NCBI GenBank assembly: GCA_001784175.1
Contig: MFPR01000004.1
Coordinates: forward strand, 434,001 to 498,000
DNA from: Candidatus Lindowbacteria bacterium RIFCSPLOWO2_12_FULL_62_27
Lineage (GTDB): Bacteria > Lindowbacteria > 2-12-FULL-62-27
DNA length: 64,000 bases
Direction of reading: 5' to 3'
The position numbers were made by a program, and so were the translations under genes. Numbering within the stretch: position 1 is the stretch's first letter; each line of letters opens with the position of its first letter. This document shows positions 55,744 through 64,000 of the stretch, one piece after another. Under the pieces are notes generated by a model that was not told where the DNA came from, made no database searches, and saw nothing but the letters and a program-made list of their open reading frames with translations.

Positions 55744-56498
55744 GCCAAGGCGCTGTCGGCATCGAAACGGTTGACTGGGAAGCTGTCCACCGGCTGTCCT
55801 TCGTTGACGAGCCCGGTTGCTGGACCAGCGGCTGTCAGAGCTATTGCTGCACGCACAAATCGGACCTTCTGGCATTCTCGATCCTCACGGGCGGCGCCGG
55901 CATGATTTTTTTCGAAGCCGAATATGACTATCTCCGGGCATCGGGCCGCCTGCAAAAGGGGTTTGAGTCCCACGCCAAACGCATGTCCTATGAACTGGCG
56001 CCGGGCCTCCATCTAAGATTCGTCCTTTCCAAATGCGAATTGAACGGCATCTGCACGATTCGGGAGTCCCGGCCGCTCTGTTGCAAGCTCTATCCGTTTT
56101 TGCCGCGCGTCGACCCGGCGACATCCGCACTGACCGGTTTCGTGTCCGGCACGGTCTTCGACGCCTTCTGGCCGGTCCTCGGCGTCCCGCATCCCTGCAC
56201 GCTCGCACGCGAGAAGGCCGACGCGGTGCAAGCACGGATGAAACCGTCGCTCACGCGCCTGCTCGGCCATCCATACTTCTTGTTTCATTTCCGTGCGGTG
56301 GAAATTCTTCTCGACCGCATTTCCGAAGGGTTGGACGCGCTCAAACGAGCCCACGCGGGTATCGACGCCCGTGCGCTGTCCAGAAAGTGGGAACTCCTCT
56401 ATCTGACCGGAAAGGCCTTTGACGGCGGGCGCCTGCGTGCCGATCTCCTCCACGCCTATTCAACGGTTGCGGCGCGCTTCCCGGGATTCGAGATTTAA
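55740..56498 (+). CDS. Cys-cluster protein (YkgJ/CxxCxxCC-like, Fe-S or Zn binding)
   Basis: CWTSGCQSYCC, C....CTIRESRPLCCKLYPF, HPC. Confidence 0.6.
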   Translation: MSQGAVGIETVDWEAVHRLSFVDEPGCWTSGCQSYCCTHKSDLLAFSILTGGAGMIFFEAEYDYLRASGRLQKGFESHAKRMSYELAPGLHLRFVLSKCELNGICTIRESRPLCCKLYPFLPRVDPATSALTGFVSGTVFDAFWPVLGVPHPCTLAREKADAVQARMKPSLTRLLGHPYFLFHFRAVEILLDRISEGLDALKRAHAGIDARALSRKWELLYLTGKAFDGGRLRADLLHAYSTVAARFPGFEI

Positions 56499-56499
56499 A

Positions 56500-57246
56500 A
56501 TGAATGCGGCCGGCCGCGTCCGCGACGCCGTCATTCTCGCCGGCGGACAGGGAACGCGGATTCGGCATCTGATTCCGAACATTCCAAAACCGATGGTCGA
56601 AACCGCTGGCCGGCCGTTCGTTGAATCGGTGGTGCGGCTCCTCAGGGATCAGGGAATCGAGCGCATCGTCTTCAGCACGGGACATCGCGCCGAAGTTCTT
56701 GAGACTTTTTTCGGCGACGGGCGCACATGGGACATGCGCATCGTTTATCTCAGGGACCCCGTCCCGCTCGGAACCGGCGGCGCCGTCCGGCATGCGCTCC
56801 GGGAGGTACGGTCGGATCGGTTTCTTGTTCTCAATGGAGATTCCTATTGTCGGTTTGATGTCGATTCCATGGTATCCGTCCATGAGAAAACGCGCGCCGG
56901 CGTGACGATCTGGCTGGCACGGTCGGACCGCATCGCCGAATCAGGCCGCGTCGACATTCGCGAGGACGGAACCGTGACGGGCTTTCTGGAAAAACCTGCC
57001 GACCCGCAAGCCGGCTTCGTCAACGCGGGCGTGTATCTGTTCGACCGGCAGGCCGCCGAAACGATCCCGGACGGAAAAACCGTCTCGCTCGAACACGACG
57101 TATTTCCGAATCTGGTTGGCCGCGGGCTCAGTGCAGTGCCCGGCCCGCACCCGCTTCTGGACATCGGCACCGAATCGGGCCTGCAGGCCGCGGCAGCGTT
57201 TTTTCAGCATGAATTTCCGTTGAAATCATGCACTGAAACCTGCTAA
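56500..57246 (+). CDS. Sugar-1-phosphate nucleotidyltransferase (HddC-like guanylyltransferase)
   Basis: ILAGGQGTR, PKPM, PLGTGGA, NGDS, NAGVY, SLE, DIGT. Confidence 0.85.
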   Translation: MNAAGRVRDAVILAGGQGTRIRHLIPNIPKPMVETAGRPFVESVVRLLRDQGIERIVFSTGHRAEVLETFFGDGRTWDMRIVYLRDPVPLGTGGAVRHALREVRSDRFLVLNGDSYCRFDVDSMVSVHEKTRAGVTIWLARSDRIAESGRVDIREDGTVTGFLEKPADPQAGFVNAGVYLFDRQAAETIPDGKTVSLEHDVFPNLVGRGLSAVPGPHPLLDIGTESGLQAAAAFFQHEFPLKSCTETC

Positions 57247-57283
57247 CGTAGGTCCGCAGTACGAGAGGAGGGGATTTCGCACA

Positions 57284-58339
57284 GTGATCATTTCGAAGAC
57301 GCCGTATCGCATATCTTTCTTCGGCGGCGGCACCGATTATCCGGCGTGGTACCGCAAGGAAGAGGGGGCGGTGCTGTCGACGACCATCGACAAGTACTGC
57401 CACATCACCTGCCGGCACCTGCCGCCGTTTTTCAACCACAAACACCATGTGGTGTGGTCCCATAACGAAACGGTTTCCTCCATCTCCGAGATTCTTCACC
57501 CCGCTGTCCGCGAGGGACTGCGATACATGGGGTTTGACGACTCGGTTGGACTTGAAATCTCGCACCAGGGGGATCTGCCGGCGCGCACGGGCATCGGATC
57601 GAGTTCGGCCTTCACGGTCGGGCTTATCCTCGCGCTGTCGGCGTTGAGGGGCCGGACAATGGACAAGCGGGAACTCGCGCTCCGCGCCATCGAGCTTGAG
57701 CAGGACGTCATCAAAGAATCCGTCGGGTCACAGGATCAGGCGGCGGCGGCCTTCGGTGGGTTCAACCACATCCGGTTTTCCAAAGACGGGGTATTCGCCG
57801 TCGATCCCACGGACGTTCCGCAGCACCGAGTGGAGCAACTGGAATCCCGGCTCATGCTGCTGTTCACGGGCACCAGCCGCCTTTCGACGGACGTCGCGTC
57901 TTTGATCGTTCAAAATCTCAAGAACAGGACCGCAACGCTCCGCCGCATGCGCGATCTCGTCGACCGCGCGGTAGCCCTGCTCAAGGGCAAAACATCCCTC
58001 GATGAGTTCGGAGAACTTCTTCATGAAGGCTGGCAGCTTAAACGAAATCTCGCCGGGCCGGTGACCAATCCGACCATCGACGCCGTATACCAGACAGCTC
58101 GCGAGGCGGGCGCGCTGGGCGGGAAACTCCTCGGCGCGGGCGCGGCGGGATTCATGGTGTTTTACGTCCCGCCCGACCGGCAGGACCCCGTGCGGCAGGC
58201 GCTCCCCAATTATCTCTGGGTTCCGTTTGCTTTCGAGTCCGACGGCGCGAAGATCATACACAACAGCTCCTTCCCGGAAATCCCCCCCGAGGTCGCGGCG
58301 CCCGAGGCCGCCGGCGCGGCCGTCCGCGCAGCCGGCTGA
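57284..58339 (+). CDS. hddA: GHMP-family D-glycero-alpha-D-manno-heptose 7-phosphate kinase (HddA-like)
   Basis: TPYRISFFGGGTD, DLPARTGIGSSS, GSQDQ, GGKLLGAG. Confidence 0.8.
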   Translation: MIISKTPYRISFFGGGTDYPAWYRKEEGAVLSTTIDKYCHITCRHLPPFFNHKHHVVWSHNETVSSISEILHPAVREGLRYMGFDDSVGLEISHQGDLPARTGIGSSSAFTVGLILALSALRGRTMDKRELALRAIELEQDVIKESVGSQDQAAAAFGGFNHIRFSKDGVFAVDPTDVPQHRVEQLESRLMLLFTGTSRLSTDVASLIVQNLKNRTATLRRMRDLVDRAVALLKGKTSLDEFGELLHEGWQLKRNLAGPVTNPTIDAVYQTAREAGALGGKLLGAGAAGFMVFYVPPDRQDPVRQALPNYLWVPFAFESDGAKIIHNSSFPEIPPEVAAPEAAGAAVRAAG

Positions 58340-58342
58340 GGC

Positions 58343-58867
58343 GTGGAGGTCACCCGCACCAAACTCGACGGCGTCCTGCGGATCCGGCCGCCGACCTGCT
58401 TCAAGGATTTTCGCGGGGAATACGTCGAACTCTACAACGAAAAAGTCTATCGCGAAGCTGGGATCACTGTGTCATTCATCCAGGACGACATCTCGGTTTC
58501 CGGCAGAAACGTCCTGCGCGGGATTCACGGCGACCACAAAACATGGAAACTCGTCTCGTGCCTTTACGGAGAGTTTTTCATGGCGGTCGTCGACTGCCGC
58601 GACGGATCGGCCGGATTCGGCAAATGGGAATCCTTCACCCTCTCGGAACATAACCGGCTTCAGGTCCTGGTCCCGCCCTCCTTCGGCCTCGCGCACCTCG
58701 TGCTGAGCGACCGGGCGATTTTTCATTACAAGCAGTCAACCTACTACGACCGCGCGTCCCAGTTCACCTATCGGTGGAACGATCCGCGCTTCGCCATTCC
58801 ATGGCCAGTCCAGAACCCCATCCTGTCCGAACGCGACCAGATGGGCGGCAGCCGATCGATCTCCTGA
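58343..58867 (+). CDS. RmlC-family NDP-4-keto-sugar 3,5-epimerase
   Basis: DFRGEY, VLRGIH, KLV, VVDCR, HYKQ, WNDP. Confidence 0.85.
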   Translation: MEVTRTKLDGVLRIRPPTCFKDFRGEYVELYNEKVYREAGITVSFIQDDISVSGRNVLRGIHGDHKTWKLVSCLYGEFFMAVVDCRDGSAGFGKWESFTLSEHNRLQVLVPPSFGLAHLVLSDRAIFHYKQSTYYDRASQFTYRWNDPRFAIPWPVQNPILSERDQMGGSRSIS

Positions 58868-58988
58868 ACCGGAATTTCCACCACGTCAGACTGGTTCGCC
58901 ACCTGCAGCGGCTGAACGGCCCTTCATGACGACGGGGATGATGCCGGAGAGCCAGAAGCTGATGGAGGTCGTCTGGATTTCATAAAAA

Positions 58989-60035
58989 CTATTCTTCGGT
59001 AACAGAAAGATCCATCAACGTCTGTGCCGCGCGATGCGCGCCCAACCCGTCCACCAGCTCACGGCCACGCGCCGACATGCCGGACCGGCGCCGGGGGTCT
59101 GTCAGAAGGTCTGTGACCAGGGGGGCGATCGTTTCCGGAATCGCGCCGCTCTGGGAGGCGAACCCCGCCAGACACGCGCACCCGTGCCGGACCAGGGCCG
59201 ACGCGTTCGGCGCCTGATTCGGCGCCAGCGCCAGGATCGCCATCGGCACGCCCAGGCAGCACAGTTCCCAGCAGGTCGATCCTGCCGCATTGACGGACAC
59301 ATCGGCGGCGGCCATGAGGTCCGCCATGTTCTCGGCGTTTCTTATGATGCGGATTTCGTGTTTCGAATCGGCGACCGCGCGATCAAGCCCGGCGGTCGCG
59401 GCCCCTTCACCGCCGAGGACGCACTGCACAACGAAAGAACGCGGCGCTTGATTCAGCGCAACAAGGACTTCGGCACAAGTGTCAGCCGTGGCGCCCCCGC
59501 CGAATGTCACAAGCACCTGCCGGTCGTTCGCGCTGAACTTTCGTGTCTGTGACTGGCGAATCCTGGAGAACTCCGGCCGCAGGAGCGCGTAGGCCGGCCC
59601 ACGTAAAACGCGGCATTCCGGCGACACCCGGTAGGACATATCCACCGCGTCCGGATTCTGATTCAGCACCCAGTTCGCCGCGCCCAGATCCCGGTCGGCC
59701 AGATCGTCGATGACGGCCACTTGAAAACCGGCTGCGCGTAATTGCCGAAAATCGGCGGGGGTCGCGCCGTAGTGGTCCACCACCACGCAGCGGGCGCCCA
59801 CGGCCATGGCCCGGTCTACCGTGAAAGCCGTGTCCAGCGCGCCTGCGACGCGCTCCACCGCAAACCCCGCCTGCTCGACCACGCGAAGCGGCGTGTCCGC
59901 GATCGGACGCATGACGAAAACGGGTTCGCCGCCGAGATCGCGCAGCGCAAGGGCCAGCGCCACACACCGGCGCACATGGCCCATGCCGATCTCGGGCGAC
60001 CCGTCGCATCGAAACAGAAAGGGAATCCGGCGCAT
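58989..60035 (-). CDS. pseG: PseG/SpsG-like UDP-2,4-diacetamido-sugar hydrolase
   Basis: FRCDG...GMGHVRRC, VDHY, IDD, YALLRPEF, TFGG, AAGSTCWE, APNQ. Confidence 0.8.
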   Translation of the reverse strand: MRRIPFLFRCDGSPEIGMGHVRRCVALALALRDLGGEPVFVMRPIADTPLRVVEQAGFAVERVAGALDTAFTVDRAMAVGARCVVVDHYGATPADFRQLRAAGFQVAVIDDLADRDLGAANWVLNQNPDAVDMSYRVSPECRVLRGPAYALLRPEFSRIRQSQTRKFSANDRQVLVTFGGGATADTCAEVLVALNQAPRSFVVQCVLGGEGAATAGLDRAVADSKHEIRIIRNAENMADLMAAADVSVNAAGSTCWELCCLGVPMAILALAPNQAPNASALVRHGCACLAGFASQSGAIPETIAPLVTDLLTDPRRRSGMSARGRELVDGLGAHRAAQTLMDLSVTEE

Positions 60036-60041
60036 GGGACG

Positions 60042-60078
60042 AATCTATATTGACAGACCCGGCCGCGTAAAGAAAAAT
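60042..60078. promoter_or_regulatory. Overlapping divergent promoters TTTACG-N18-TAGATT (-) and TTGACA-N17-AAAAAT (+)
   Basis: 51-bp gap; ATGs lie 6 and 8 nt after the -10 boxes; no Shine-Dalgarno sequence. Confidence 0.45.
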
Positions 60079-60086
60079 GCGCGTGA

Positions 60087-61847
60087 ATGAATATCGTAAT
60101 TTGCAACGCGGTCGGCGTGGACCGGGAGGAGAATCACATCGTTCACTCGCCGAGCCGGTGGTCGTTCAGCATGAAAAATTATGACGACGTGTTCACCTAC
60201 TACCCGTGGGAACTCTGCTACACCTCTGCACTCCTGAAGCGCCGGACCGGCCACCGGGTCCGGTTCCTCGATCCGTGCATCGAGCGATGGGACGCGGAGG
60301 AAACGACGCGCCGGATACTCTCAGAAAAACCCGATCTCCTCCTCATGGAACCCTCGTCGCGGACTTTCCGCGAAGATTGGTCGGTCGCATCCGAGGTCAA
60401 AGCACGGCTCGGCACGAAAATCGCGCTGGCCGGCCAGCACGCCTCTGCCTTCCCCGAAACGCTCGCCCGCGAGGCCGACTACATCCTGATCGGCGAGTAC
60501 GAGGGGACCGTGCTGGACATTGTGTCCGGTGTCGACCGCAGCAAGATTTCCGGGCTGTACCCGAACCCGCGGCGGCCGGCGATGGACATCACGAGTCTGC
60601 CGTGGCCGGAGGACGAGGACGTGTCGCGGATCCGCTACGCGATTCCGGGCGAGCCGAACTGCGAGTACACGGAAATCCAGATGTACGCCAGCCGCGGTTG
60701 CCCCTTTCATTGCAACTATTGCGCCTCCGGCACCGTCTACTTCGCCGGCTGGCGGCCGCGCGAAGTCCGCAACGTCGCCGACGAAATCGAGGCGATGGGA
60801 CACAAGTATCCGGAATGCGAGGGATTTTTTCTTGACGAGGAGGAACACAATACCGGAAAAAAATTTGTTCTGCAACTCGCGGAAGAGATCCGGCGGCGCG
60901 GCCTGAACCGGTACAAGTTCGACGCGATGTGCGCCTATTTCAATCTCGACCGACCCGTGCTCGAAGCGATGGCCTCGGCCGGGTACTACAAGATCCGCGC
61001 GGGGGTCGAGACCCTGAGCGAGAAGACCGCGAGAGGCATGGACCTCGGCGCGAAATTCAATCCGGAAAAACTTGTACAGGCAATGACCCTCTGCCGGGAA
61101 CTCGGACTTCATTTCTATGGCACCTTTACCATCGGCGGCTGGGGATCGACCCGCGAGGAAGACCTGGTGACGGGACGGTTCATCGAGGACGCGGCCGCTC
61201 GGGGTCTTCTGCACGATCTCCAGATGTCCATCAACACGCCCCAGCCCGGAACGCCGTTTTATCAGAAAGCCAAATCGGCCGGGTATCTCCTGACTGAAGA
61301 CTGGCACAAATTCGACGGAGGCCGGCAGTCGGTCGTCAGTTACCCGGATTATCCGGCTGACGAAATCGTCCGGACCTATGACGACGTCCTGCGCCACTAC
61401 GACTGCGGCCTCTATCGTCGAAACCGCGACCTGTTCCGAAAACATTTCTCTGAATCCTTCGGCCAGGGTAACCGGCCCGGCGCGCGGAACATCCTCATCC
61501 TGCGATCGACCCGCATGTGGCACGTCCGGCTGGCAGCCGAATGCCTCCGGGACGCCGGCGCGGAGGTGTCGCTTCTGGGCCAGGACCGGATCCGGCCCGA
61601 TTTGAACGGCATGGCCGGCGTGCGGGACTTCTTCTCTTATGGCGACGGCCACATGCATCCGGAAGCCATCGACCGGGGCCTTTTGAACCACCTCCGGGAC
61701 CGCCGATTTGATCTCGTGCTGGCGCTGTACAGCAACACGGACGGCCGGTCGTTCGAGAATGTCCGAAAGGTTGCGCGGCGGATCGCCGACGGCGACGGAG
61801 CCGTCGCCGCAGTCGCTCATGACGGAACCGTCCTCCCCATCCGCTGA
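60087..61847 (+). CDS. B12-binding/HpnJ-like radical SAM protein with C-terminal GT9-N-like domain
   Basis: GEYE, SRGCPFHCNYC, GVET, PQPGT; tail NILILRST...LRDRRFDLVLALY. Confidence 0.85.
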   Translation: MNIVICNAVGVDREENHIVHSPSRWSFSMKNYDDVFTYYPWELCYTSALLKRRTGHRVRFLDPCIERWDAEETTRRILSEKPDLLLMEPSSRTFREDWSVASEVKARLGTKIALAGQHASAFPETLAREADYILIGEYEGTVLDIVSGVDRSKISGLYPNPRRPAMDITSLPWPEDEDVSRIRYAIPGEPNCEYTEIQMYASRGCPFHCNYCASGTVYFAGWRPREVRNVADEIEAMGHKYPECEGFFLDEEEHNTGKKFVLQLAEEIRRRGLNRYKFDAMCAYFNLDRPVLEAMASAGYYKIRAGVETLSEKTARGMDLGAKFNPEKLVQAMTLCRELGLHFYGTFTIGGWGSTREEDLVTGRFIEDAAARGLLHDLQMSINTPQPGTPFYQKAKSAGYLLTEDWHKFDGGRQSVVSYPDYPADEIVRTYDDVLRHYDCGLYRRNRDLFRKHFSESFGQGNRPGARNILILRSTRMWHVRLAAECLRDAGAEVSLLGQDRIRPDLNGMAGVRDFFSYGDGHMHPEAIDRGLLNHLRDRRFDLVLALYSNTDGRSFENVRKVARRIADGDGAVAAVAHDGTVLPIR

Positions 61848-62799
61848 CCCAGGCGGCGCGGGCCGCGGCGTCAGCGTCGTCATCACCAACTACAACGGCC
61901 GCGCGCTCCTCGAACGGTGTCTGCCGGCCGTCGAGACGGCGGCGGCGGCCTATGGCGGCCCGACCGAAATCATTCTGGTCGACGACTGCTCGACAGACGG
62001 CAGCCGGGAGTTTGTCTACGAATATTTTCCAAAAATAGACGTTTTCAAACCCAGGCAGAATCTCGGTTTCCAGGGCGCGTCCAACCTCGGATTTTCCAAA
62101 GCGCGTTTTCCGGTCGTCCTGTCGCTGAACAACGATGTCGAGGTGACGCCACAGTCTTTCGCGCAGTTGGCGGCGCATTTTTCCCGGCCGGACCTGTTCG
62201 CCGTCAGCGCCAAGCTTCTCCAGTGGGACCGCACAACATACCTGGCGGGCCGGAGGATCGGTGTGTTCGAGGAGGGGCATCTGCGTCTCGTGGACGAACC
62301 CGGCGACGGCAGCGTGTCCCCCACGCTCTTTGCGACCGGCGGCGCCGCCGCGTTCGACCGGGAAAAGCTGCTGGCCCTCGGCGGATTCGACCCGATCTTC
62401 CATCCGCTGTACTGGGAGGACATCGACCTCTGTTACCGCGCGTGGAAACGCGGCTGGCGGGTGATCTACGATCCCAACATCGTGATGTACCACAAGCACC
62501 GCGCGACGATCGAGACACTGGTGGAACCTGACCGCCTGCAGCAAATCACGGCGCGAAACAGCTACCTGTTTTTATGGAAAAATCTCTCGGAAGGCCGCGC
62601 CCTTCGGGCCCACCTCTGGCACGCCCCCATCCTCCTCCTCCGGGACGCCTTGAATCGCCGATGGCGATTTCCACTCGCCTTCGGCCGTGCGCTCGCCCGC
62701 CTGCCCGCCGTCTGGTCGGCCCGTTTGAAGGAACAGCGCCACTGGCGCCGGCCCGACCTGTCCGTCCTGTCGGAAATATCCGCACGCCGGCCTTCTTAG
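61819..62799 (+). CDS. GT2 family glycosyltransferase
   Basis: VSVVITNYNG, VDDCSTD, NLGF, LNND, YWEDIDLCYR. Confidence 0.9.
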   Translation: MTEPSSPSADPGGAGRGVSVVITNYNGRALLERCLPAVETAAAAYGGPTEIILVDDCSTDGSREFVYEYFPKIDVFKPRQNLGFQGASNLGFSKARFPVVLSLNNDVEVTPQSFAQLAAHFSRPDLFAVSAKLLQWDRTTYLAGRRIGVFEEGHLRLVDEPGDGSVSPTLFATGGAAAFDREKLLALGGFDPIFHPLYWEDIDLCYRAWKRGWRVIYDPNIVMYHKHRATIETLVEPDRLQQITARNSYLFLWKNLSEGRALRAHLWHAPILLLRDALNRRWRFPLAFGRALARLPAVWSARLKEQRHWRRPDLSVLSEISARRPS

Positions 62800-62825
62800 C
62801 CCGACCTTGTCGGGCGGCCGTTTTT
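62799..62825 (+). terminator. Possible intrinsic terminator at the island edge
   Basis: GCCCGAC-CTT-GTCGGGC stem followed after 5 nt by TTTTT. Confidence 0.3.
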
Positions 62826-62841
62826 CAGGGACAATTCAACC

Positions 62842-63855
62842 ATGTTGAGAGACACGCTGGGCCGGCCCATCCGGGATCTTCGGATTTCCGTCACGGACCG
62901 GTGCAATTTCCGGTGCACCTACTGCATGCCCTACGAGGTGTACGACTGGGTTGAGCGCGGGGAGATCCTGTCCTTTGAGGAGATCGCGCGGCTGACCCGC
63001 ATCTTCGCGGCGCTCGGCGCGGAAAAGGCCCGCCTGACAGGCGGCGAGCCTCTGCTCAGGAGAGGATTGCACAAACTCGTCAGGATGCTGATCGACATCC
63101 AGGGAATCAAAGATGTGAGTCTCACCACCAACGGCGCGTTGCTTGCCGAACAGATGCCGGATCTCGCGGCGGCCGGCCTTCGGCGGATCAACGTCAGCCT
63201 CGACACCTTGAACGCGGCGAAATTCCGGCAGATCACCCAGAAGGGAGACCTGCAGCCCGTGCTGGAGGGTCTGCGCGCCGCGCGCGAGGCAGACCTCGAT
63301 TCGATCAAAATCAACACCGTCATCATCCGGGGATTCAACGACGACGAAATACCGGACCTCGCCGCGTTCGCCCGCGACAACGGCTTTCACCTGCGCCTCA
63401 TCGAGTACATGGACGTCGGCAACGCCAGCGGATGGACGTTGGAGAAGCTCGTGTCAAAAAAAGAAATGCTCGAATGGGTCCGGAGTCGCTTCCCGCTCCG
63501 CGAAATCGGCCGGGCGGACGGCCGCGCACCGGCGGTCGACTACGAGTACCTGGACGGCCGGGGGAAAATCGGAATCATCGGCTCGGTGACCGAACCCTTC
63601 TGCTCAACCTGCGACCGCGCGCGCCTGACGCCGGACGGCAAACTGGTGACGTGCCTCTTTTCCAACGAGGGGGTGGATCTCAAGTCACCCCTGCGCGGCG
63701 GCTCGCCCGATGAGCAAATCAGCGCCGCCATCCACACAGCGTGGACTGCGCGAAAAGACCGCTACTCCGACGAGCGGTGGGCGTCCCTCAAAAACGGCGC
63801 GGGCTATGACCCAGCGGCCAGGCGAAAAATAGAAATGATCCGTCTGGGAGGATAA
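62842..63855 (+). CDS. moaA: GTP 3',8-cyclase (molybdenum cofactor biosynthesis)
   Basis: LRISVTDRCNFRCTYCMP, TGGEP, FCSTCDRARL...CLF, C-terminal GG. Confidence 0.95.
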   Translation: MLRDTLGRPIRDLRISVTDRCNFRCTYCMPYEVYDWVERGEILSFEEIARLTRIFAALGAEKARLTGGEPLLRRGLHKLVRMLIDIQGIKDVSLTTNGALLAEQMPDLAAAGLRRINVSLDTLNAAKFRQITQKGDLQPVLEGLRAAREADLDSIKINTVIIRGFNDDEIPDLAAFARDNGFHLRLIEYMDVGNASGWTLEKLVSKKEMLEWVRSRFPLREIGRADGRAPAVDYEYLDGRGKIGIIGSVTEPFCSTCDRARLTPDGKLVTCLFSNEGVDLKSPLRGGSPDEQISAAIHTAWTARKDRYSDERWASLKNGAGYDPAARRKIEMIRLGG

Positions 63856-63858
63856 AAA

Positions 63859-64000
63859 TCAGGTTTTGACGTACAGTTCGGAACCCTGCCTGCGAAACTC
63901 CTCTGATTTGTCTGACATGCCTCTTTGAATGGCGGCCTGATCGTCCATCTGCAGTTTGGCCGCGTAGTCCCGGACCGTGTTCGTGATCTCCATGCTGCAA
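63859..64000 (-). CDS. thiC: Phosphomethylpyrimidine synthase, 3' end only
   Basis: Hand translation CSMEITNTVRDYAAKL...GMSDKSEEFRRQGSELYVKT* matches the ThiC C-terminal pattern (CSM.IT..VRDYA...GM..KS.EF...G.ELY). Confidence 0.8.
   Translation of the reverse strand, partial: CSMEITNTVRDYAAKLQMDDQAAIQRGMSDKSEEFRRQGSELYVKT

Noticed and set aside
58868-58988. Small ORF or ncRNA in the 121-bp convergent gap
   Set aside because: Only 19-codon ORFs without a ribosome-binding site, and no convincing structure.
63788-64000. 70-aa ORF from the track
   Set aside because: Wrong frame; another minus frame gives the ThiC C-terminus.

Overview
High-GC bacterial DNA. Positions 1 to ~62,800 are one very large surface-glycan (LPS/capsule/glycosylation) biosynthesis and decoration island. 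It encodes pseudaminic/nonulosonate-type enzymes (PseB, PseG, NeuB-like, SpsF, KdsB-like), a heptose/octose route (transaldolase, GmhA, HddA, HddC, HldE-like), three ThDP-dependent split transketolase/E1 systems and many glycosyltransferases. It also carries methyl-, acetyl-, sulfo- and formyl-transferases, WbqC proteins and radical SAM enzymes. The island ends at the housekeeping genes moaA and the 3' end of thiC. It is unusually fragmented into about 16 alternating transcription blocks with small divergent promoters and overlapping 3' ends. Most striking non-genic signal: a 48-bp double-hairpin mini-element (GGAYCAG...GCCGGCC) with compensatory stem changes, present as four full copies plus one half copy inside protein-coding genes, all on the same strand, with one copy nested exactly in the loop of another. 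Other notable items: an amino acid:carrier protein ligase-ACP-formyltransferase-Cys-cluster operon, a lincosamide-like octose gene set, a Cys-less radical SAM/SPASM protein, a recurring GT9-like half domain and a repeated non-canonical promoter (TTGACT-N17-TTCCAT). All calls come from reading motifs by eye; no database searches were run.
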